Of a DNA stretch of 14,799 nucleotides, positions 1-8,597 are shown one piece after another. Each line of letters opens with the position of its first letter. Within the stretch, counting starts at the first letter, position 1. The stretch comes from Azolla caroliniana (taxonomy: Eukaryota > Plantae > Polypodiophyta), in NCBI GenBank assembly GCA_043228905.1, contig JBHGNT010000837.1, forward strand, positions 1 to 14,799. The letters are read 5' to 3'. A program made the position numbers and the translations under genes. The notes under the pieces were generated by a model. It did not search any database. It was not told the origin of the DNA and saw only the letters and a list, made by a program, of their open reading frames with translations.

Positions 1-347
1 AAATGCATCCTACGGTAAGTGTAACAAGAGGCCCTCATATTGGGCCATCTTCCTCCTGAGAGGTGTTGTGGGGCTGTTATAAGTTCATTCATTATTCAAT
101 TTAATGATATCAGTTTAGATCACTCTATTCTTTTAAATTTTGATCATAGCAAAGTGTGGAGAATCAAAGGTACATTGAAAAGGGGCTAGTTGTAATTATG
201 TCATGTTGTAATTATGCATTTGTAATTATGGCAAAGTGTGGACAATGATTATCTTCTTGTTCTGCCAACTGGTAAGTGCCAAACTTGAGTAACTTTGCAA
301 ACCCATTGGAAAAAATCCTTGAGAGAGGTGTATTCACAGTCAATAGT

Positions 348-700
348 TTGCTTTGTAATCCAAGGTTGGGTATTCGAATAATCAATACCACTGCCAGTTG
401 CTCCAAACGACCCATTATGAGAGAAAGGGCCATTATTCTCATAATACTGAAATTGTCGTACAATAATTTTAAACAACAGATAGCATTGGAAGGTTGAACA
501 AAGGCTAGAAGTTGGAAAACATGTTAAGGATCAGTCAAGGGCTTGCTCTGTAATCCAAGATTGGGTGTTCAACTATCAACTCCACCTCTAACAGCCACAA
601 ATGACCCATCATGAAATAGGGCTGCTAATATCATAATGTTGAAGCTGCTGTGCAATCATTTTAAACAGCTGATGGTATTAAAAGGTTGAGCAAAGAACTA
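348..700. repeat. Degenerate direct repeat (2 x ~160 bp, period ~195 bp) in murD intron 9
   Basis: 348-507 (ttgctttgtaatccaaggttgggt...aaggttgaacaaaggcta) aligns with 543-700 (ttgctctgtaatccaagattgggt...aaggttgagcaaagaacta); roughly 70% identity by eye, mostly transitions. Confidence 0.85.
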
Positions 701-736
701 TATAAAATGGGAATATGTTGAGGACCAGATTATTAC

Positions 737-953
737 CCGTCTGCATCCGATGGGGAAGAGATTTGAGGAACGGAATGGCATTCTGAACAGTGCTTTGATT
801 TAACCCTATATCTAGCCCGAGAACTAGCAAGGCAGCTGTTCCAGCATTTTGAGCGTTATGAGCACCAACAGTGTTTAAGGTTGTTAAATCTAAATGAGCA
901 TCTTCTGATGTGGTAGGAACATGGATTACAGCATATGATCCTGTATCATCAAC
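737..953 (-). CDS. murD: murD exon 9
   Basis: aag|VDDTGSYAVIHVP...VGAHNAQNAGTAALL...LKSLPHRMQT+G|gtaat; HN..N and LPHR motifs. Confidence 0.9.
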
Positions 954-3900
954 CTTCCCAAAAAACAAGAGAGATGTTTGAAACATGCCTGGAGCTACTT
1001 TCCATGTGTAGACTGCAATTCTCCACACATTTACTCACTTGCAAGATACCTTAACACCAGGAAAGTCGCCAATCCAAGCTCTTGTTCCATGACCACCGGA
1101 CTTCTCAGCCAACTCTCGCAACAGCCAATCATCTGTAGTATCAAAGAAGAAGCTACTGAAGGAAAACAAAATGTGGAACGAAAGAAAGAATAAAAGTCAG
1201 ATATTGAAGCTGTCTCCATTTCAATGTAGATTCCTTATCGAAGGGTATTCAATGATTTGGATAAGCCTACATCAACTCATGAATCTCCTCTGTCTCATCT
1301 ATTTCATGACTCATGCAAAAGTGCGAAACTCATTAGCAAATCTATAGGTTCTTCATTTTTCTATCTGTGTTACAATGAATGATTGAAAAATGAGTTGAAT
1401 ACAACCTAAACTTTTGTAAATTCTTTCGTGACTGAGAACATCGGAAAGTAATTTTATACTCTCTCTTAAGAATAATTGAATGATGAGGAGCCATACGTGG
1501 TCAGAATCTCATGTTCAGTTCTGTAAAGAAAGATCGAAACTGACTCATCTGTCAACAATATCACAACTACACCAAAAACAGTGACAGGACTGTGTGCTAC
1601 ATGGAATTGCCAAGTTTGATAAACCTTCTAGTTCGAGGTAACAGGCATCTATACAGGTATTTGGCCATCATTTGCAGGAACAGTTTTGCAGTTTGCATGA
1701 TGACCAAAATTCATCTCCTCAGATTAAGTCCCATAAGGATCCATGTGTGTATGAAACCTACACAATACTGGAAATTTTACTAGCATTACAATGTTACGAT
1801 CTTTAATATTACCAGATTTATATAGAGAATTTTCTTACTTGAAGGAATCACTGCTAACTGTGAAGAATTCATATGTGAGAAGAGTCGGCACTTGCATGTT
1901 CCATAATTCTCAATTGTTTGATGCCTTTCCAGATGATCTGGAGTAAGATTAAGCACTACCGCAGCCTATATATATCAAGAATTTTCAAATATAATGTTTA
2001 GAAGTTGTGGATGATGAATAAACAATTTCAGTTCTACAACAATCAAGCAAGTAACTCACAGATGGTTGGAAATGTGTGCCATGGATCTCCATTTGGTAAC
2101 TACTAACTTCAACAACAGCAACCTACATATAACAAGAAACATACAAGTTAAAATTTTAGGCATCATTATATCCTATACAAGAAGAATCATCATAAAATTC
2201 AAATTTCGAATGCATCAATTAAAAACAAGTGTTGTTTAACCTGAAAAGGGATATCTTGTCGTGAGGATTTCATGCATTGCAAAGCAGCATCTGACAAAGG
2301 CACACCCAAGTTTCCCCCTGTGAAACACTGTATTCCAGCTTGTTCCAGTATCTAACATAAAAGATAAGATTATTTGATTTGGCCCTATTTCACATCATTT
2401 GAGTAATTCCAAGCAGATAGGATACCTGTCCAGAAAATGTTGTTACTGTGGACTTGCCATTAGTTCCTGTAACTGCAATAACCTTTACGTCTTTGGGAAT
2501 CTTTTCTGCTGCAAATTCCAGCTCTGAGACAACAGGGTGACCCTGTTTCACTTCTATAAAATTATAATCCTCTAAATTTCTCCACTTAAGTTTTGGGTTA
2601 GTTTGCATTGTATCTATAATATTACCTTGCGTATTAGATCTTCGAGATTATTGCTCCTTATTGACACGCCAGGAGATACTACTATTCTTTGGGCATTATA
2701 CAAGTAATTTTGATCATATTCCCCAAGCTCCAATATGAACCGAGAATTGTTCTGCCATGATGGAGAAGGATCATCCTGTGGAAAATAAATATATATATAA
2801 TTCAAGTCATATAACACTTCTGAAAACTCGAAAAAAGGAACACATTTCTGATATCAAAACCAAAATCTACTCAAACCAAGTGAGCTTAGGGCCTGGATAG
2901 GGCATCAAGTGTTACCATTGAATTTTGCAAGCAAGATGCACTAGGAAGACCACCATACTTATATTAGACCATTAAATATTCATTTGTTATATGGACAAAA
3001 TAAAGTTAGTGAATAGGCTTTGCTTTATGGTTGGTATTTTTAGATCTATTGTAATTTTTGTTTCCTTTGTCACATAAAATCAAAAACTTGCAAATAAAAA
3101 CGAAGTGTTCAAGAACAAAAAAATGAAAATATGCCCATGATATTTGTCATGTCCATTGGAGCTAAAACAAGACAGATATATTAATGCCTTTACGTGGTGG
3201 TGACCCACGAATGATTTTATCTTACGATGAAAGAAATGAGTAAAAATTGCCTTACATATTCTCATTATAACTTATCCCACTGTCTTTTGACTGTTTTCTG
3301 ACAACGTCCAAGATGGGCACAAACATGAGGAAGGACTCTTGGATGTTGCAAGGAGTGGATCATATATGAATATGTCACCTCTATTTAGACGGTTTAGAAA
3401 ACTTTGATAAAACCAAATATAAAGTAGGAAAAACTAATCAATAGTAGAGTCATGGCATGCAACAAAGGAATATGAAGGAGAGGAAATATTTCTATTTTCA
3501 CAATAATATGAATGAATTTTTTTGTAATTTACATATGAAGTTATTGCTCAGAAAACATCAGAAATCGCTTTGAAAACAATGACATTCCCAAAGACATACT
3601 GTGCATTATAGATGAACCTAAGGTGCATAAAGTATTCATTTATCACATACAGGCTTGACCCTGCACACAACTAAGAAATTCATCAACATGAAATAAAATA
3701 TGGACTAAACTATCATAGTGGGGGATGGTCAACACCTACAAGGAACTGGAGAAATGGATCAGGTAAAGGACAGCATTCCTTCAATGGATCAGGCAAGGAC
3801 ATCAAAGTCATAGCCTTAGCCTCCAATCTCTCATCCTGATCCATTCATAGCTAAACTCTGGTATATGGAGCTCAGGTTTCGGGATGCAGTATTCCAGCAA

Positions 3901-5721
3901 ACAGGTTGGATGATATGGGGAAATAAAAATCTAAGGCATTATCCCAAGGTTAAGACTAGGATAGCGTTCCCTCAATGGATTAGGCAAGGACATAAAAAAA
4001 CATGGCTTTGGCCTCCGATCTCCGAATTCGATCCATGCGTAGTGTAAACTCTGCTAAACGGAGCTGAGGTTTGGGGATTTGGTATTTGAGGAAACCCTAA
4101 AAGCTTATTCCGAGGTTAAGAGCACGACATTGCACTTTATATTCTAGAAAATCGAAGAAGACTGATAGATTTTTATGCCCTCCAAACAGTTTATAAGTAG
4201 ACAAGGCCTTCAATTTGCTTCCCTAAGGCTGCAAGAGAAATTGGATGCTTACTTAGATTTGCCACATTGAAAATCCTCCACACAAAATGGAGACGAACCC
4301 AACATAGATCTTAGTTTGAGTACTTCATGCAGCCATTTTAACACTCAATATTGAGAAATTACAGAGTGCAGTCGGCCAATGTCCAAGCTCACATCTGGAC
4401 ACGCATCCCCTAGAATGCAATCCAAGAATGCGAATGCTCAATCATTATATATAGAAACTGTGTGCTGGCTAAATATTGACAGAAAATGAGAATATGTGAC
4501 CTATACTGCTTCAACGTATCAGAAATAGAAGATCTTCCCACTTTGGAATGTCTCCCACGTGGGGACAATTGACCCTACTTTTTTCAGGAACTCCTACAAG
4601 GTTTTACAAGCTTTCAAGAACTCTTAACAAGGATGGAACCATCCCTGAGAGCATTCGGCATGCTCTTTTCTTGTCTGCTTGACTATAGTGCCAAATAAAT
4701 AGAAGATTAAAACAGTGAAGTTCAATAACTAGCGTAGTTTTTCATTTCATCTGTTCAGTTTTTTTTGTTCTGCTATTTTTAAATCCCTCATTTATACAGC
4801 TTGGGAATTATTTTGTAATGTTCGCTAGTCTGATGGATCATATTGTCCCCAACAGACATTAATATATGAGCATCATCTCTTCATTGGTCATTTTGTCCTT
4901 AAGAAGACATCAATATAACATTTCATTTCGACATATTATTTTAGGTCTCCTTCAATTTTGTACTCTATATACCTACGTATCTAGACATGCATGTCTTCAA
5001 TAGGGAGATGGCATCATCAATACTAATGATCATGGAGAGCTAAAGAAACGGTAAATCACCTCCTAGCATGGAAGTAATAACACAATGTGACTGCAACATC
5101 AGATGAAGAGGATACCTGAAACGACAAAATGCTTTTGTTGTTGTCTATACCAACAACATAAGCTCCTCGAGCAAGTGCTAGCCTTGCTGCTGCTCTTCCA
5201 GAAACTCCAAGGCCCAATACCTACAAGGCAATCATTGAAGATCTCATGGAACTTTTCCAAAGGCTTTGCAAAACCCCACATGCTCCAAAATACAACAAAA
5301 TGAGTCCTCAGGAACCTTATGTTTTTGGTTGTATCGATGCATTATCCTTAATGTATAGATGATTTCATCCTTAATATATACCTATATGTAGGGTATATAT
5401 GTCTCCGTATGTATATATACATCTATGTGCACATGCACACATAAACGCTTCAGATTTACATACACTGCGTCTAATTAATGAATTATACATGCATATTAGT
5501 AGGCATGTTGTCTTATCTATCCAAGTTCTTGTCAAATTTCCATGTCAACGCTAACAGTTTACCGTCACTAATTTTCCTTCCAGATCCTTGTCTGCATCAA
5601 GGAGGGACCGAACAACACGGTGGTGGGAAGGAAGCGGAAGAAGAGCGCGAGAAGTGAGAAGAGTAGAAGTGGATAGTGTCGAGTATCTACCTCCCGCAAA
5701 GGGAACCTGCATCATCTCCAT
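737..5721 (-). CDS. murD: Plastid-targeted MurD ligase (UDP-MurNAc-L-Ala:D-Glu ligase), exons 1-9, 3'-partial
   Basis: Nine exons joined at GT..AG sites give an open 377-codon frame: 5721-5563, 5220-5116, 2775-2626, 2542-2426, 2351-2241, 2122-2060, 1965-1839, 1132-1050, 953-737. Motifs in MurD order: VLGLGVSG, VVSPGV, SELE, AVTGTNGKSTVT (P-loop), GGNLG, EVSSYQ, LNLTPDHLERH, YxxxK, GAHNAQN, LPHR. The C-terminal domain (DSKATN motif) was not found in 1-736, so it is presumed to lie outside the window. Confidence 0.93.
1050..1132 (-). CDS. murD: murD exon 8
   Basis: cag|(N)DWLLRELAEKSGGHGTRAWIGDFPGVK|gt; 83 nt, phase-compatible with exons 7 and 9. Confidence 0.8.
1839..1965 (-). CDS. murD: murD exon 7
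   Basis: tag|AAVVLNLTPDHLERHQTIENYGTCKCRLFSHMNSSQLAVIPS+A|gtaag; DHL motif and the conserved Lys position; ends in phase 1. Confidence 0.92.
2060..2122 (-). CDS. murD: murD exon 6
   Basis: tag|VAVVEVSSYQMEIHGTHFQPS|gtgagt; E[LV]SS[FY]Q motif. Confidence 0.92.
2241..2351 (-). CDS. murD: murD exon 5
   Basis: tag|ILEQAGIQCFTGGNLGVPLSDAALQCMKSSRQDIPFQ|gt; GGN[IL]G motif. Confidence 0.92.
2426..2542 (-). CDS. murD: murD exon 4 (P-loop)
   Basis: cag|GHPVVSELEFAAEKIPKDVKVIAVTGTNGKSTVTTFSGQ|gt. Confidence 0.95.
2626..2775 (-). CDS. murD: murD exon 3
   Basis: cag|DDPSPSWQ...AQRIVVSPGVSIRSNNLEDLIRK|gt; SPG motif. Confidence 0.9.
3767..4123. repeat. Degenerate tandem duplication (period ~191 bp) in murD intron 2
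   Basis: aggacagcattccttcaatggatcaggcaaggacat... at 3767 vs aggatagcgttccctcaatggattaggcaaggacat... at 3958; both units share taaactctg, ggagct.aggttt and aggttaaga. Confidence 0.85.
5116..5220 (-). CDS. murD: murD exon 2
   Basis: tag|VLGLGVSGRAAARLALARGAYVVGIDNNKSILSFQ|gt; GxGxSG loop of the UDP-binding domain. Confidence 0.9.
5563..5721 (-). CDS. murD: murD exon 1 (transit-peptide-like N-terminus)
   Basis: MEMMQVPFAGGRYSTLSTSTLLTSRALLPLPSHHRVVRSLLDADKDLEGKLVT followed by a GTAAAC donor. Ser/Thr/Arg/Leu-rich, with no acidic residue in positions 3-41. In-frame TAG upstream at 5775-5773. DLEGKLVT joins VLGLG, as at the N-terminus of bacterial MurD. Confidence 0.8.
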
Positions 5722-5897
5722 TCTTTTTGGTAAAAGAAAAGCTAGCAGAATTAGGCTTGTGATGGGGTTTATCTACATATCATCTTCATTCGACCTCTTA
5801 ATAATGTACATATGTTAACTAACGTATAACGTATGTATGTATGTTAAACGTGTGTATGCGACGTGTGTCTATTAGCTACTAAATCATAAATAGGTCT

Positions 5898-6198
5898 AGT
5901 GAGGGAATCGCGGCCACAGACGGTGCAGGTTGCTCAGTTTTCAATTGAGGGTGTGTGCGATCTGCACCGTCCGATTTGTTGGGAAATCGGTCCCTCCGGA
6001 TGGGATCCGGTTATGAATGAAGAGGACCCGGTGAGAACCGGAAGAGAAGAGATATTTGTAAGTATGTCTTATGAGTAAGCCTATTGAGGTTATATTTGTA
6101 AATAGCCCTAAGTTCATATAAGTATAAATATGACTTAGGGCAATCACTTTGTATGTGTAGAGAGGGTTGTCATATTGTTGTAGAGATAACTGTTGTAT

Positions 6199-6229
<31 letters not shown>

Positions 6230-6473
6230 AAGATAGTAGTTATGCGCACTTTCTGTTGTAACCGCCGTTTGGCGAAGATCGCGAGCACGAGGTCGTTGCC
6301 TCTATGTCTCCACTTTGTATTTCCTCTCATATAGTGATAGTTGGAGTCTGTGGGCTCCCGTGGTTTTTCCCTATTAGGGTTTTCCACGTAAATATTCTGT
6401 GTACTCTCTACTTCCCATTTCTGTGATTCAAGACTCAGTTGTGGCCAAGCAATATTACGCGTTATTCTTCACA
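5898..6473 (+). repeat. 5' LTR of element A
   Basis: TATAAATA at 6123-6130, (AG)13 at 6199-6224, cccgtggtttttccc...agggtttttccacgtaaat U5-like motif, CA end 3 nt before the PBS; the start is uncertain (about 5898-5950). Confidence 0.65.
6199..6224. repeat. (AG)13 microsatellite in LTR A
   Basis: Direct reading. Confidence 0.95.
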
Positions 6474-6476
6474 ATA

Positions 6477-6488
6477 TGGTATCAGAGC
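6477..6488 (+). other. Primer-binding site (tRNA-iMet) of element A
   Basis: TGGTATCAGAGC, complementary to the 3' end of plant initiator tRNA-Met. Confidence 0.95.
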
Positions 6489-6502
6489 AAACAACACAAG
6501 AA

Positions 6503-8164
6503 ATGGAAGAATCGTTCGGTGGCATGTTCAAGCTCATCGGCTCCAACTACTCAGTGTGGAAGTCGAAGATGAGGGATATGTTGGTGGTTAAAGATCTTTG
6601 GTTGCCAGTTCAGTTTGGGGACAAGAGACCGGACAAGATCGACGCCACAGTGTGGGAGGTGATGCACATGAAGACTACGACATATATCCGGTGCTTCATC
6701 AACATGAGCCTGTACAACAACTTCAATGAAGAGAGCAAGGCTCATGAACTCTAGGAGAAGATCGGCACGATGTTCTAGAACAAGAATGCTATTAATTGGG
6801 TTTCGGTATTTCGGAAGCTAGTGAGGCTCTGGTACTAGGACGGCTCTAGTATGGCAGAGCACATGAATGCCTTCCAGGGACTAATCCACCAGGCAACCTC
6901 GTTGGAAGTACCTCTTGCCAATGAGGTGCTCGCATTACTCCTGCTTGGTTCCCTCCCGAATAGTTGGGAGACATTAGTTGTCACATTGGGCAACGTCGGG
7001 TTGGAAGGAAAACAGTTGTCCCTAGCAAGAGTCAAGTCAAGCTTGCTAGATGAAGAAGCTCACCAGAAGGACCGGGAATCCGGAACAGATCCGAAGGCCT
7101 TGGTCATGGAAGATGACCACAATCGGGGAAGAGGCCGGTATCAGAGTCCCCAAAACCGGGACAAATCGGGGACGAGGTCGAAGTCAAGGGGGAGGCCTAC
7201 TTACTTCTATTGTGGGAAGTCGGGGCACTTCCAAAAGAACTGTCTGCATTCCAGAAGAACTGTCGGAAAGAGAAAGGAACTAACAATGCCGATTCGAAGA
7301 AGGGTTCGGACCGGAAAGGCTCGGATCGGAAGGGAACATCGGCAATCACGACAAGTGAAGAAGAACTTATGCTCATTATTGAGGAGAATGAGTTAAACCT
7401 TGTCGGCGACAAGACAACGTGGGTTGTCGATTCCAGAGCGTTGTTCCACCTGACACCAGACCGGAGATGCTTCTCATCCTACACAGCCGGAGATCATGGT
7501 TGTGCTTGGATGGGGAATGAAGGTACATGCCGAATTGTCGGCATAGGAGATGTGTTGTTGACGACATCAACCAGATGCAAGTTGTTGCTGAAGGATGCCC
7601 GAGGACGTCCGACACATTCTGGAGGTTCGACTAAACCTGATATCACCCGGTTGGCTAGATGATGAAGGCTACATGGGTAGCATCCAAAACGGAGTTATGA
7701 AGTTCAGCAAAGGGAGCCTAATAGTAGCTCGAGCTCGGAAGGTCAACACACTATACTTGATGCATGCCCGGATATGCCGGGAAGAAGTGAACGTTGCATC
7801 CGACACTACCGGTGAGCTATGGCACAAGAGACTGTGTCACACGAGTCAGAAGGGGATGAAGAGACTTGCCGAAGACAATCTCATTCTGGTGAAGGACGTG
7901 CAACTTGAGAAGTGCACCGATTGCCTGACTGGAAAGGAAAACCAAACCTCCTTCCGGTCAAGACCACCGATGAGACGGAATACACCACTAGAGCTGGTGC
8001 ATACCGATGTATGTCAAGTGGACACGAAGTCACATGCCAGATCGCAGTACATCGTGACGTTTATAGATGACCACAGTCGGAAGTTGTGGGTCTCACCGTT
8101 GAAGACGAAGGATTAGGTGCTATCTGTCTTCAAGGAACTCCATGCGAGAGTGGAAAGAGAAACT
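6503..8164 (+). pseudogene. gag-pol: Copia gag-protease-integrase pseudogene (element A)
   Basis: MEESFGGMFKLIGSNYSVWKSKMRDML (gag); LLLLGSLPNSWETLV; degenerate knuckle YFYCGKSGHFQKNC; protease WVVDSRALFH; LWHKRLCH...CTDC; LVHTDVC...FIDDHSRK; stops at 6752, 6776, 6836, 8114; frameshifts near 7245 and 7600; ends at VERET. Confidence 0.92.
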
Positions 8165-8585
8165 TGTTGAGCGGCAAGCTCAACCGGATCCGGATCGGTT
8201 GAATAAGCCTGAGCTGGATCGGAATCCGGAAGGACGAGCCACATCGGTAAGCAAGTGAGCCGAGTAGCCAGATTCATCAGTAACTGGAAGCCTAGTAGCA
8301 GCCTGGACTACTAAGTAGTTAATGTCTTGTAGTTAGTGTCAGACGCTCATGTGAGCATTGAAGTACACCGTACTTCTGTCAGTCCGTATGGACTTGTATA
8401 AAAGTGTTCACTGAACACATACGATGTACAGAGTGTTATAGACTGAGTAATATTTTTTAATTGAGTTTTTGTGTGCTCTCTCTCTCTCTCTGTCTCTCCC
8501 GCGTATTGTGTATATTCTAAGCTCTCCATTAAACTTGTGTTTCTGTTTTCGGTTGTCCACTGCTTCCGCACGCTATTCTTTCACA
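8165..8585 (+). repeat. 5' LTR of element B (~420 bp)
   Basis: TG start and CA end (8585, or alternatively 8583) directly before the PBS; TATAAAAG at 8397-8404; (CT)n at ~8476-8491; ATTAAA at ~8528. Confidence 0.88.
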
Positions 8586-8597
8586 TGGTATCAGAGC
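8586..8597 (+). other. Primer-binding site (tRNA-iMet) of element B
   Basis: TGGTATCAGAGC. Confidence 0.95.

Larger units (their letters stand above)
5898..8164 (+). mobile_element. Ty1/Copia LTR retrotransposon A (Tnt1/Tork-like), degenerate, interrupted within integrase
   Basis: LTR-like region ending ...cttcaCA at 6473, PBS at 6477, then gag, zinc knuckle, protease and integrase in Copia order. The left boundary is approximate because no second LTR is present for comparison. The lineage assignment is by resemblance only. Confidence 0.88.

Noticed and set aside
212-497. Three short overlapping ORFs as a candidate murD exon 10 or nested gene
   Set aside because: No DSKATN or other MurD C-terminal motif. 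They overlap the intronic repeat, whose second copy has indels and stops.
1592-1783. 63-aa ORF or possible extra exon in intron 7
   Set aside because: Exons 7 and 8 already join in phase, and no MurD-like motif is present.
4549-4567. Extended palindrome around a G-box (tgtctcccacgtggggaca) in intron 2
   Set aside because: A single short motif with no supporting context; it could arise by chance.
737-5721. Bacterial contamination or recent horizontal transfer of murD
   Set aside because: Canonical spliceosomal introns, a transit-peptide-like leader, neighbouring plant Copia elements and no dcw-cluster neighbours.
5941-6387. 148-aa minus-strand ORF across LTR A as a murD upstream exon
   Set aside because: Runs through the microsatellite (SLSLSL) and has no motif; an in-frame stop already precedes the murD ATG.
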